Source: Octopus vulgaris (lineage: Eukaryota). From it: a stretch of DNA of 64,000 nt. Below, one piece after another: positions 50,843-64,000 of the stretch. Position 1 is the first letter of the stretch, and each line of letters begins with the position of its first letter. The notes under the pieces are model-generated. The model was not told the DNA's origin. It searched no databases and saw only the letters and a program-made list of their open reading frames with translations. Position numbers and translations under genes: made by a program. The stretch lies in assembly GCA_951406725.2 (NCBI GenBank), contig OX597824.1:98952001-99016000 (forward strand), written 5' to 3'.

Positions 50843-53029
50843 TCAAACACCTGTATTGTTCCCTTTGAATAAATAATATAGATATAGCTTCTTCACAACT
50901 ACAAAAGTTTGCTGAAGGTGTCAAAATTCCTCGATACTAGTGTGAAACCATAGCGAGGAATTATATGATTTAATTAGGTCATTCAGAAGAGGTAAAAAAT
51001 GGCTGAATTTCAAGAGTTTCCATTCAAGCATGGACATGTCTGAATCAAGCTTGAATCAATATTTGGTTGGTCATTCTGGCACCAACAAGGCTCACCAGAG
51101 ATTCAAATACATCTACAGTTGATGAAACCCAGTCTCACAGGCTTTTTTGGTTCTGGCCATCCAAAGTACATTATTTATAAATTAGTTATACTACAACTTG
51201 CTACCAAGAACTTTTTCTTCTGCTTATTACCTTTAAACACACACAAAGTTACTTAGGTTGAAGTGCACAATACAGCTTCATGCTGGAAATGGGTAGAGTT
51301 TGATGTTAATTTAAGTGAGATGAATGGGAATTACATGAGTTGAGCAGCAGTTTCATTTGGTCAGTTGGCTGCACGCATCAAAAGGTTTAAAAAGAGAACC
51401 CCCAAAGATTATGACTTTCAAACTTGGCTGATATGTACAGTGACTGACAGAGTGAAATTGCAGTGTCACTTACATAATCACTAGTTAACTCAGATAGATA
51501 AGCACACACATATTAAATATATACAGGCATCCATGTTTATTGCTGATGCATTCATCACTGATCTGAGATAACACAGTAAACTCAATTGTGAATTATGTTA
51601 AGCATATCACGGATAGATCTGTGATGACTTAGGTCAGCAATCAGTCAAAGATTCTGCCTGTACTGTGCAAATGCATCCCAGCAACCACCCACCAAACTGC
51701 ACTGACTATTGCTTATACCTACATTGACTGTGCTGTGAGGCTGTGTATTTTTTATACTGAATTAAAGTATTCATACCCATAATCATGGGTGATGATGGAT
51801 ATGAGTACCCTTAACACAAACACAATCCCATTTACCCTCAACACAAACACATTTCTGTTTACCCTCAACACAAATACATGAAAAATATTTTAGAGTGGTT
51901 TTGTGAAGGAAAACCTCCATGAATCCGTACTGGAATAAAGTAAGAACCATATATCTATTGTATATAAATTACATTATACAAGTACTGTATTTCAGTTCCA
52001 AACAGTTCCAAACAAACTGTAGAGTTGGTTATATTTTGGTCACGAGAATTGTCATACAGAATGTAAAACTTATGTTATGTAGCTATGATGTTTTGTGTTA
52101 CCACAACCAACCACCAGGGTGACTCGCCACTGCTATGCTTTTGCTGTCATCCACTCATTGCAAATAACTGACAGGCAGATGAAAGCTTAATATTTTTTTT
52201 CTTAAAGAATTTGCATTTCAATAATCAAAAAGTGTTTCTTAAAGGTAACAGAGTCATTGAATAATGTACAACACAACATCAGGTGTGGCTAATATATGCT
52301 GAAAGCTTCCCACATAAATAATACTTGAGGCACTTTAAGCAATTTTTTGTAAATTTGTGCTTATAATTAGCAAAAATTATTGCAGCAAGTACACTTATGC
52401 TCCACCAGTTCATTAGTCTGCAACAATTGGTTTTCCATCATACTCTGCCACATTAGACATAGAGCAATGCTTTGATACACTTTAAAAATGAAAAAAAATA
52501 AGGGTTATTGTATATGCCGGTAAATACAGTAGCTTTGCCTGTAATCTAGAAATCTCCCAACATTTGTTGTAGAGAGAGAACTCACACATCAAATAACTTT
52601 AAAAGACATTATAAAATAAAAGTTCATAGATCTGCTGAGTTAGGACTGACCTGGGGCTAAAATTAATGTGGATGTTAGAATAACTATTATTAAGTAGTGA
52701 TAGCTAAATACTTATAGTAATGAAGATAAGATAGTTAAATACAAGTAACAATGGTTACACACTAATAATGATGGTTAAATACAAACAATGATGAAGACAA
52801 AATCTTTAAATGATGCTGTCAAAAATAAACAGATAAAAAAAAAGAACTAATTTATGTATGAAATAGAAAGTAAAAATGTTGTAAATTACAAAAATTATTA
52901 GTTACAGGAAATCCTGTCTCTGGCGGCAACTGTGATTAAAGATAAGGTTATTTCAGAGCACCACATACTGTAGAATTTGGTGAGGAATAAGTTTGGGAAA
53001 TTATATATATATATATATATATATACATA

Positions 53030-53306
53030 AAAAACACCATCCGATCGTGGCCGTTGTCAGCTTCGCCTGGCCTCCATGCCTGTGGCACGTAAAAAGCACC
53101 ATCCAATCATGGCCATTTGCCAGCCTCGTCTGGCACGTAAAAAGCACCCACTACACTCATGGAGTGGTTGGCGTTAGGAAGGGCATCCAGCCATAGAAAC
53201 ATTGCCAGATCAGACTGGGCCTGGTGCAGCCTTCTGGCTTGCCAGTCCCCAGTTGAACCGTCCAACCCATGCCAGCATGGAAAGCGGACGCTAAACGATG
53301 ATGATG

Positions 53307-53310
<4 letters not shown>
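53030..53310 (+). mobile_element. SINE/LINE-tail family C
   Basis: same core and (gat)n tail; near-identical copy at about 55030-55367. Confidence 0.85.
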
Positions 53311-53341
<31 letters not shown>

Positions 53342-53403
53342 GATATAGATATATATATATACTTGTGAGTGGATTTGATAGACAGAAGCTGAAAGAAGTC
53401 TGT

Positions 53404-53450
<47 letters not shown>

Positions 53451-53923
53451 GTGTGTGTCCAAGCATGTGTGTTGTGTATGTTTCCTTGTCTTGATATCAA
53501 GCCATAATTACAAATGATGATGATTAACATCATCAAACAAATTTTGTTGTTCGTTTCCAATCATCCATGGAAACATGTCTGACCAGGGAACAAAAAATAC
53601 CTGGCTTGAAACAGGTGACGGTTGGCAACATGAAGGACATCCAGTGATAGAAAACCTGCTTTAACGAATTTTATTTAATCCATGCGAGCATGGAAAGGTG
53701 CACATTAAAACAATTATGATGACAATCTAAGATGAAAAATTCAGAAAAATTCTCCTAAGTAAAAAAAACTATATCTAGTAAATAATATCTGCTAAATATA
53801 TATCTAATATGTAATATAATATCTCTTCTATAAATAATATCTAATGCATATTTTGTATATATAATAGTACATAATATCATGCATCTTGTGTATAATATCG
53901 AATATCTTGTATACATAATATAT

Positions 53924-54431
53924 TGTAAAGGGAACTGGTTGCTTCTTTACACTTTTGGGGTGCAACTTGGGTGCAACACAATTTCCTTTCTTTTTGTTTC
54001 TAGAAACTACCAGTCGGTAACAAAACGCAATTTAAAAAATATATATGATTCTTTATTCAACAATGAAACACGATGGTATACTGGTATCCACCTAGTTCAA
54101 CACAGCAAGGCTGAATTCTAACGTTTGTAAGTTTCTTACAATTCAGCAGCAACGGAACAGGTCAAATCCTAAGCGTCTGGGACAGGAGAATAGGCTGATC
54201 ACACGTTTAAAAATACGTCCGTTCTCTTCTATCGCCGTGTCTCAAGTCAACGACGCTATTAAGGAACGCGATAGAATTTCTTCTTCAGTCTCTAGCGCAT
54301 GTGCATGAGGGAACTTCCTTATGCCTTTCCAGAAGGTTCCAACCCTGCACATGCACACTGAAGGACGTTCCGCACACGCACACTGAAGAATGACGTTGCG
54401 TGTGCGCACACTGGAACATGACATCACTACA
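53924..54431 (-). mobile_element. solo LTR (508 bp), Gypsy-like by 4-bp TSD
   Basis: TGTA...TACA termini flanked by ATAT on both sides; AATAAA on minus strand at 54052-54057; CpG-rich relative to flanks. Confidence 0.75.
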
Positions 54432-54469
54432 ATATCTATACCTCTCCCTCTCTCTTTATATAACATAGA

Positions 54470-54990
54470 TTTCCCAAAAAGCAGTCACCATGGCTTTCTT
54501 TGCTAATCACTGACTCTTGAACTTCTCAACCAAGTTGAAGAGGTTTTCATGCCATTCCATGGACTGATCCACCATTTCTGGCTCATAAAGATATGCCCAT
54601 GTTTCATCCGCTGTCACCAGATCAGAAGGAAAAAGTCTTCTCTGGCTTCAGATGCTTCCTGCAGATTAGAGCAGACTTCTGCTCTTCTCTCCTTCAAATC
54701 AAGAGTCAACTGTCAACGTACCCTCTTTACACACGTACACTTTCTGGTACCCAAAGTCTTCCATCATCTTCTGTAATGCAGGATGTCCACTGTGCAGTGG
54801 TGCTGCCATCTTGTGGTTTGTGACTCAATTCGTCCAATGACTGACAAGTCATGTCAACGGTCACAGATGATGCTCTCCCATTTGTCTTCAAGTCTGGTTT
54901 CCTCTTCTTTAAACTTTTTATCCATTGATGCATATTACTCTTGTCAATGGTGTCGTCTGTTGGACAGCATGTGATCCTTTGGGAACTTGA
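54470..54990 (-). mobile_element. mariner transposase N-terminal/DD remnant
   Basis: GYQKVY..QLTLDLKERRAEVCS..DLVTADETWAYLYEPEMVDQSMEWH..KFKSQ*LAKKAMVTAFW. Confidence 0.85.
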
Positions 54991-56143
54991 TGATGGCACA
55001 TTGCTTCTGCTTGGAACCTTTATTTGCCTTCAGGTGGCACGTTTGTGCCGGTGGCACGTAAAAAGCACCATCCATTCGTGTCCGTTGCCAGCCTCGCCTG
55101 GCCCCCGTGCCGGTGGCACATAAAAAGCACCATCCGTTCGTGGCCGTTTGCCAGCTCTGTCTGGCCCCTGTGCGGGTGGCACGTAAAAAGCACCCACTAC
55201 ACTCACGGAGTGGTTGGCGTTAGGAAGGGCACCCAGCCGTAGAAACACTGCCAGATCTGACTAGGCCTGATGAAGCCTTCCGGCTTCACAGACCCCAGTT
55301 GAACCGTCCAACCCATGCTAGCATGGAAAACAGACGCTAAACGATGATGATGATGATGATGATGATGAATGAAGAATAATAGGAAGAAGGGTTACTCTAC
55401 CAATACGTGCAAGTTGAATGACCTGTGGTCTGTGAATATAAAAAGTTATAACCACTTTTGCATTACTTTTGGTTGGTACAATGCTTGTGTGTCTCATATT
55501 CATGTTGCAAGGCAGTCATGACCAGACACACAGACGTAATATATCCAGGACTATAATAATATTCAATACATCCTTCCTTTTCCTTGGACAAGTAGATGAG
55601 GGTTTGAGTGAAATTTGGTTGCAACTTCTATTAGATGCCACAACTCTATACAGGCTCCATTGATGTGTTGTCAGTAGACAATGTTTAAAAAAAGAAACGA
55701 GAAGTCAGTCATTAAAATAGTTGTGTCAAGCTTGAAGTATATCGTCCATAGAAACCAACCTTGTTGGTAACATTTCATGAAAGAATCTATTGTAGAGGAA
55801 CAGAAACCATAAAGAATTCCTTTTTCTCTTTCAGTTACAAGACTAAATTGAACCTGTTAGAATTGATAAAAACAAGATATCTCTAAATCTACAAGAGACA
55901 AAATTCTGTCCACTGACAAGTCTGGCCATCAGATTAATCAGCAACATTGAATACAGAATCACAAAGTAAACATCTTAATTACACAACCATGTCTCTTCTC
56001 TAGTGTTTACACCCACATATCAATGTATTCCTATATAAATGTGTGTGTGTGTGTACATGTATAAAAATATGTTTAGATTTAATTCAAAGCAGAGCAGCTA
56101 AAAATTTCCCAAAGGGTCATATATGTATATATGGAAAGGGTCA

Positions 56144-56627
56144 AGTTAGTTAGTTAGTTAGTTAATTTGGCTCAAAAGCAAATAGCAAGGCCATGTAGGA
56201 GGACATGGAGTTAAGTACAGGGTGGTGTTCATGTAAAGAGTTCAGGCCACTTGAGGTCAAGGGAGGCTTTGAACAAAGCGGTCGTCGGCATCTTCACCAT
56301 CTCGTCTGGCAGCTTGTTCCACAGATCCGCAACCCGGATGGAGAAAGCTCCTCTCCTTCGATTGAGATGAAATCGTCGCAGGTAGAGCTTTTCGGAATGA
56401 CCCCGCAGCCGACGCTCTGGAGCAGGAGTGAAGAACAGCTCCTTCGAGAGGTTACACTTTCCGCTTATGATGTTGTGGGTGAGAATGAGATCACTACGGC
56501 AGCGGCGTTTTTCAAGAGAATAAAGGTCGAGCGTCCTCAGCCTTTCTTCATAGGACAAATTTTTGAGACCATGAACCATGCGGGTAGCCAGCTTCTGGAC
56601 TCTTTCGAGATGCTGTATGTCTTTGAG
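56144..56627 (-). mobile_element. 5'-truncated CR1-clade LINE with (TAAC)n tail
   Basis: LKDIQHLERVQKLATRMVHGLKNLSYEERLRTLDLYSLEKRR..RLRGHSEKL..AFSIRVADLWNKLP..; uninterrupted frame; gttagttagttag tail. Confidence 0.92.
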
Positions 56628-57986
56628 GTCCTTTCTGAGGCAAAGGTTCATAAGGATGGTTTCCCAGATTCTATGGCATATATATTGCCAACCTGAATGG
56701 GATGCCAGTCCATCGCAGGAATATTCAATTTTGCCAGTTGAGTGCTCAGCAGCAATGTAAAGTGAAGTGTTTTGCTCAAGGACACAATGCATTGCTTGCT
56801 CCAGTAATTGAAATCACAACCATACAATCATGAATGCAACATCCTAACTCTGCTAAGCGATGTATGCCCACATGTGTGTGTGTGTGTATGTATACACATG
56901 CACAATAGATATACATACATGTTCTTAATACATTCAAGAAGATTTGAATGTGAATATTAGATTGCTGTGGCTTTTCGGTATTCAAGAACACTTCTTCCCT
57001 TTAGCTGATGTCTGTGGTGTTTCCACCTTATTTTGTGTCTCTTCAGTTAAAGCTATGCTTGTTGAGCCAATGAATTCTGACAAGAGCTTAAGAAATGAAA
57101 CAAATTATTTGCTGATGAGTGCAGATGTCTGTCAAACAGACAATAATTCATGGGGTGCATGCAGAATAAGTAAAAGGATCAAAAGATAGCAACAGAAGCA
57201 TTTACATGCATGCGTGTGTATGTATCCTTCCACCAGATGTCACTAATCTTACAAATAGGACAATATAACCATCCGTTGAATGATTCCAATCAGGACAGAA
57301 AACTTAGGGAAATGTTAGGCAACATAGAAGAGCTATGACCCAGACTGAATCAGCATGTTACTTTATTTCTTTTGGGTGACTTTAACTTTCCTAACATCAA
57401 ATGGTCCAAGGGTCACTTCCCCTAAAATGCCACAGCATTATGAAGGAATCTACTTGAGGACACTAACAATACTTTTCCAAAGCAGGCAAATGACATTCTA
57501 GAGGGAGTGAAGCCTCTCTTGGACTTGTGGATCTTGCATCACATTTCAAGGATTGTTTTGCAATCCAAGCCCAACCGATAGTAATTCAATACCAGCTGGA
57601 CAAAAGACACAGTAAAAAGCACAATGAGAGAGAAAATACTGAGTGCGTCACATGTCTGTAGCAGAATGTTGTAGATGTGACCTGCAACGGACTCAAAAGG
57701 ACATCAACATTATTGCAATACAGTATAAGTCTGTACAACATCCTCTAGCAATGGGTGTTGGGTGATTTTTTTTTCATTTTTATGTCCCAGCATCCATATG
57801 TTGTTGTATTGATGTGAGACATTTCTTCTGACATTGGAAATGTATCACAGTAAGATAGGGGTTGAAGACCCTCAATCCCCACCATGTGTGTGTGAAGGTC
57901 CTACTCCTACTCGAAACTCGTTGTGTTGGCTCTCCTGCATTTCTCTCTTTTTGTTTGCCAGTTCAACAGGTGTAAACATTTAAAGA

Positions 57987-58190
57987 ATAACACTCATGCC
58001 ACACACTGAGTAACACTCATGCCATACATTAAGTAACACTCGTGTCACACATTGAGTAACACTCATGTTACATACACATTGAGTATCATGTCACACATTG
58101 AGTAACACTCATGCCATACATTAAGTAACATTCATGCTACACATTGAGTAACACTTGTGTCACACATTGAGTAAGACCCATGTCACATAA
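57987..58190 (+). repeat. about 22-bp minisatellite (cacattgagtaacactcatgcca)n
   Basis: about 9 degenerate units. Confidence 0.9.
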
Positions 58191-59121
58191 ATGTCTATCA
58201 TTGCAATGCTTTTCATGTTGCTACATTTTGCACTTGTTTTCTCTCCAAGTGCAAGTGAAGGCTCTAACTTGTTGAACCCATGGACAATGGACCTTTCCCC
58301 ATGGCAGTCAAGGTAAACTTTGGGTTCACAACAATCACATAGCACCACTTGCATGGTTTCCTGCTTGGTGAGGGCAGAGATGAGAGTGTCGTACAAGGCA
58401 GGGAAATGACAATTGTCCAAGCACAGGCCCAGAGCTACTTCATCTACATCAGCGTATGAGGAGTGGAGGCTTGGTCTTGCCCTGCCATTGGTGACTAGGG
58501 TACATTTTGCTCATTGACCGGGGTGGGTGGGGGAGAGGGGTACATCTTAGAAGCCAAGAGAATGGAAATGCTAAATGTCATCATACTCTATACAAGGATT
58601 GACAACTTCCATGTGTGTGTGTCAGAGAGAGAGAGAGAGAAAGAGATGGAGGGAGGGAGATAGATGTGAGGAAAGTGATGAGAGAAAGAAACAAGAGAGA
58701 CACTACAACCTGGAGAAGAAGAAGAAGAAATAAGCTTGGAGAGGAAATAGAATGAAGAGATGCTAATGATGGAAGAAAGAATAATTATTTCTACAAAACC
58801 AAGAGACATTAAACATGTCTATACATCATACATGCTACATACATACACTTATATATGTATATATGTGTGTCTATGTGTGAAATTCTAGACACAAATAAAC
58901 AACGAAACACACAAACACACACACACACACACACATAAATCTTGACATAATTACAAGGATTAACACCAGCAGCTTTAATAGGACATGCCCTACTTCCCAC
59001 ACATAATATAATCACATACCATTCTATTAGAATATGTGACTTCCCCTCCTACACCTCAGTCCACTTCTGTTTCTCATCTCTTCCTATTACTCTGCTACTG
59101 TCACTGTCTTTGTGCACATGC

Positions 59122-59159
<38 letters not shown>

Positions 59160-59587
59160 ACACACACATATATATATAACATCTTTACTCAAATTATCAT
59201 CACTCTGTGACCATTAAACATGTTACAAAACTACAAAATCTCATTTTACTCTGAATCAAATCTATTTACCAACAACAATTCCATCACTAACGTCTCCAAG
59301 ACAACCAATCACAAAATATAAATGTCTGAGACCAGTTATTGTTGCTGGAAATATTTATAATATAGCACAATATTAATCACTAATTACGGTATGTGTGTGT
59401 ATATATATATAGTTACTTTCTATAATTTGTGTTATGTTTAGAAGAAAATGCAGGCTACCAGAATTCCTAAAACAACAAGTCACTGAAACCCTTGTTATAG
59501 GAACCGAGTGAATGGAGTTGTGACTGACTGGCTGGTATACCGGTCATGAGAGTCGTTTAATGTAAATAATGATATCAAACCTAGCCA

Positions 59588-59741
59588 TGATCATTTGAAT
59601 ACGTTTAATACGTGTGCTTCAGATAATTGCACAGTAGATAAAAAAGGAAACTGAGGAAGATTTTGTGTAAGTGATGAAATTTCCTTTTTATCTATTGCCT
59701 AACTATCTGAAACATACGTATTAAATGCATTCAAAAGTATC
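59588..59741. mobile_element. foldback/MITE-like element
   Basis: tttgaatacgtttaatacgtgtgcttcagata..tagataaaaaaggaaa pairs with tttcctttttatcta..tatctgaaacatacgtattaaatgcattcaaa. Confidence 0.7.
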
Positions 59742-59835
59742 ATTACTTGGTTTGGCTTCACCTTGTACATTAGTTATCATTTATATTTACAGTTCCTAGA
59801 GTGTGTACGTGTGTGTATGTGTATGTGTGTCTGTG

Positions 59836-59869
<34 letters not shown>

Positions 59870-59889
59870 TATACATACACTTTTGTTAG

Positions 59890-60217
59890 TACCATGTAGA
59901 AAGCACCCAGTACACTCTGCAAAGTGGTTGGTGTTAGGAAGGGCATCCAACTGTGGAAACCATACCAAAACAGACAATGCAGCTCCCAGCCTTACCATCA
60001 TCATCATCATCATCATCATAGTTTAGCGTCCGTTTTCCATGCTAGCATGGGTTGGACGGGTCAACTGGGGTCTGTGAAGCTGGAAGGCTTCGTCAGGCCC
60101 AGTCAGATCTGGCAGTGTTTCTACGGCTGGATGCCCTTCCTAACGCCAGTTCCTGTCAAACCATCCAACCCAGGCCAGCATGGAAAGCGGATACTAAATG
60201 ATGATGATGATGATGAT
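59890..60217. mobile_element. cluster of family C fragments in alternating orientation
   Basis: (+) core, (-) tail from about 59996, (+) tail ending (gat)n at about 60217. Confidence 0.8.
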
Positions 60218-62989
60218 ATATATTTTAGCTTTTACTTGTTTCAGTCACTGGAGTGCAGCCCTTCAGTCTTTGTCAAAAGTAATCCCTATTTATTCCTATT
60301 TAAAAAGATTTATCTGGTATTATTTTGTAGCTCAGGATTTGAAACATATAATTGGTAATTGTTTAGTATGACATAACAAGGTAGGTGTGAGATGCTGGTT
60401 CTGGCCAGTTTGAGCATAAAAGAGGCAGACTGTTTAGGCCGGATACAACCGGTTTAAACGCGAAAAGGCTGAAGAAGTCTGTGAAACAAACTGATCCTAG
60501 GACTTACTTAACCAGTCTCTCTTCTGCCAAATCGTTATAGGGATGTGAACAAACTGATACTAATTATGAAGCAATGGTTAGAGGGGCAAAGACAGACAGA
60601 CAGACATGACAGGCTTCCACACAATTTCTGTCAACCAAATTCATTCACAAAGCATTAATCAAACGAGGGCCTCAGTAGAAGACTATACATGCCACTCAGT
60701 GGGACTGAACCTAAAACGCGAGGGCAAAGCGAGCTTCTTAACCAGAGCCAGGTTCACACACACACACACACACACACACAATTAACTGCATCCTTCCAAT
60801 GCATATATTTACGAATACAAGTGTGTGTGTGTGTGTGTGCACTATGATGTGATTAGTTCACTGCTGGCTATATCTGGGCCTCTGCTTCAATTGAAACTAG
60901 GAGACACAGTTATTCCCCACAAAGAAGACATTGGGGAAATTTATGACAGATTAGAGGAAGTCATCAACTAATCAGGATTAAAGTGTTGGCACTTCAGTGA
61001 TTGGATTAGATTTTCTGAAACAGTTTGTCAACTCTCCCGTGCAACACTTTAATAGCCTCAGTTTTCTTCTAGTTCTACCCAGGAGTGTTGGAAACATTTG
61101 TGGAGAGAATTAATGCCATTGGTAAATCAATAGAACCACTCTACAGCAATGTAACAACAACAGTTGTTTGTAATATTGGGTAGGATTAGTTGACTTGACT
61201 GGTTGGTATTTTATTGACCCTGGAGAGATGAAAGGTGAAGTTGACCTCAATGTCATTTGAACTCAGAACTAAATGCTACTACCTCATCCCACGAATGATT
61301 GACTGAGTGCATAGAAAGAATTCAAAGATTTAGAGTTTGTAATTTTGTGGCACCAGATGAGATACATGACATTCTTCACTTGCAGTATGTTCTTGATAGT
61401 ATTATGGCATTAAACTGTTCTTGAACCCATAAAGACTTACTAAAGATAAATGAAGAGATAATGAAGTATTTGAAGATGTTATTATCTGGAATTTGGCACA
61501 AGTATATCCAAAACACCAGTCTGCAGTAGTGCAACAACACTAATAAAAAAAGTTACCAACCACAATGAAGCACATACCTTAGGAGCAATGAATGAAAGAC
61601 TCTCACTCAATGGTATTGTGGGTTAAACCAGAATCATTCATAACTATCACCATAGTTATTTGACACCCATTCTTCCATAGTTGGCTCGGTCATATCCAAC
61701 ATAGCATGTCACCATTTATAGTAGTCCTGTGTCCCTTTTGTGTAGTTCAGTCTGAGATGAGCGTTAACCAAACTTTCATGTCTTCCTTGGTCTTCCTATC
61801 CCATAGGTTCCTTTCATTTGGGTCATTTTTTTCTACCCGTCATCCTCTACACACATATCACACACCTGTTGTGCCTGTCTCCTCTCTCTCTCTCATACCA
61901 TATCTGACTCTTCTTAGGCCCAGTCTGTCTATCAACTCTGTGTTACTGCCATTCATACACACGAATACTCACACATTCCTCTGCAGCTTGGCTCATTTCT
62001 TTCCTCATACATTCTCTGTATTCAATTATCATGTTCTTCTAACAAGTAACATCAGACAATTTGCAATTGCAGGGAGAAACCCTTCATTGCCAGCAGAGCT
62101 TAGAACTCTCCGGGCTTTTCCATTCTATTCATATGTTGACTGCTCTACTCTTGAAACAAACTCCTCCACTGCTAATCATGTCACCAAGCTAAGAAAAGCT
62201 ATCAACTACGTCTAGGAACTTCTTAAGCAGTTGAAAGAATTTATTTCACAAGCATTCTTACTGTGAACCAACTGCATCCAAAACCCTTCGGTCATGTCAA
62301 CCTGCCTGAGGTTCAACTCTAACACTTACACACCCCTAATATACATTGGCCTATACACCAATGGCAGTTCTTCCATTTTGAACATTAACACTTCCAAATA
62401 CTAGAAGAATTCTATCTTCTTCCTTGCTGACTAACACTTTTAACTTGCTTAAATTTATTTAAATTTATTGATATTTTAAGACATGATGATGATGATCTCT
62501 TGATTCTAGACTCTGCTTTAATTTGGAATTTCTTCTCTAATTCTTTGACGGATTCAAGTGTGAGGACTTGGTCATGGGCATGTGTCTTAAACTCTTCTGT
62601 TATGATATGAAGAACTTCAAGAAACAAGAAAGGAATGAAAACCACTAAATTCTTTGTTGAACTCTTTGCTAACTCTCACCTTGCTGATAAGGCTTCTGTA
62701 ATTAAATAAATGCCAACTAGAATGGCTTTTGCATAGCTTAAAACTTCTCTTGTAGCTGACCCTCTAAAAAAAGGCATTCAAAAAGTTACCCTGTGCTTAC
62801 ACAAATCTAAATTGCATCATACCTAAGTTAATTTTATTCTTAATTAGTTGTGCTACTTTCATACTTTTGATCCATCACCTTGATAACTCTGTAGTTGCCT
62901 GTCTCTTGAGCAGCTCCTTTGTTCTTGTAATAGCTGATGATGATGATGATGATAATGTTTCGACAATCCTTAGATATGATCCTTACTTG

Positions 62990-64000
62990 TACTGTGTAAG
63001 GGACTGCTGTAAAAGTCCTACTTCAGATAGTTTCAGTATCTCAGTGACTATTTCTGATGGTGCAACTACTTTCTCCATCTTTATAGCCTTAATGGCCATT
63101 TTAACGATGTAGCAATCAATTTCAATAACTGTTCTCCTGAACAGTCTCTCCCTCTCTCCCTCACTCTGTGAATTCTCTTCATTCATCAAACTCTCTATCC
63201 TGCTTTACACTGACATATCACTGCTATCTACAACATCTCACAACCTTCATCTTCACATCACAGAACATTAACAAACTCATTACTTTCTACTTCTTCTAAT
63301 CCTTGCTACATGTACCACCACATGTCAAGCCTCTCTTCTAGCAACCTCATATTATTTCTTGCTTCCCACTTTTTACCATTCCTGTCTTTTAGCTTTTAGG
63401 CCTTTAACTACTGTAACGTTCCACCATCTTATCACCTTCCATTTGACTGGAACCTTGCTTTAACCACAGACCTGGTCTATGGCTCACAGAAGGAACTCCT
63501 GGTTGTTTTCTATGTTTTTCATCTCAATTCCTCCTCCTCCTCCCCCTCCTCTACATCCATGCTATCCAGTATTTCTTTGAATCTATATTGGGCCAAGATA
63601 CCTTTCATGCTTCCTACCTTCCTTCCACAGAGTGTCTTGGATCCACCAAGCTCTTACATTGACATCACTAATCACTCGTCTATGTTGAAGTAAATAGTTC
63701 TTTACAGGGACATTAGTATTAACAAGCATCTGTCTTTCTTGTTTCTTGACAAGTATAAAGTCTATTTGGTTTGTGTGTCTACACCGAATTGATAAGCGAT
63801 CAAGTGAGAGGTCAGTTTCCTGAAGTTAATGTTGCATCGTGGAACTTCCAAAACATTGATCTTTCTTCATTGTGAGACAGTAGCCATAGCCTCCATGTAC
63901 ATTGGAACAGCCCTCAGCCTCCATGTACATTGGAACAGCCCTCATGCACAATGTGACTTGATAACAGCATCACTGCTGTCTGCTATTGAGGAATGCAGTA
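62990..64000 (-). mobile_element. degenerate RTE-clade LINE (endonuclease end to RT start)
   Basis: decayed GYG..NEE..NFRK..HLIAY..NQ.DFIL..HRRVISD motifs, then MAIKAIKMEKVVAPSEIVTEILK (decayed K.GKAPGPSGI.AEML). Confidence 0.75.

Larger units (their letters stand above)
50650..50878. mobile_element. foldback element with two divergent hammerhead-like motifs (Penelope/retrozyme-like)
   Basis: arms attattcatttaaagggcacaatac..gtttcatatgttgagaa..tcaggcgcaaa pair with tttgcgcctga..ttctcaacatatgaaac..gtattgttccctttgaataaataat. Confidence 0.8.

Noticed and set aside
59646-59685. GGAAA-CTGAGGA...GAAA-TTTCC hammerhead-like core in the foldback loop
   Set aside because: No stem II pairing and no stem III/NUH; likely coincidental.
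61706-62645. 169-aa and 77-aa ORFs
   Set aside because: No recognisable domain; at most highly decayed LINE-like sequence that I cannot assign.

Overview
AT-rich, repeat-dense animal genomic DNA. The SINE/LINE and (TA)n/(CA)n/(GAT)n landscape suggests an octopus (inference). The window is essentially one minus-strand gene, NCKAP1/Hem-2/Nap1 (WAVE regulatory complex subunit). I traced 27 GT-AG coding exons by hand from 47321 down to 7001 (2778 nt, 926 codons, phase-consistent, no stops). The first coding exon and the C-terminal exons were not found and probably lie outside the window. Introns contain several SINE families, RTE/CR1/R4/Tx1-like LINE remnants, Merlin and Tc1/mariner remnants, MITEs, a solo LTR and tandem repeats. 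Most notable: (1) small foldback elements carrying head-to-head type-I hammerhead-ribozyme motifs (about 50650-50878 and 43410-44045), one with the compensatory U3-A8 core variant; (2) three frame-preserving candidate microexons (9, 18 and 21 nt) in two unusually long introns; (3) several long intronic hairpins that are plausible ADAR substrates. Nearly all ORFs in the supplied track are microsatellite or repeat artefacts. Exon coordinates were counted by hand; repeat boundaries are approximate, and family assignments come from recalled motifs, not database searches.
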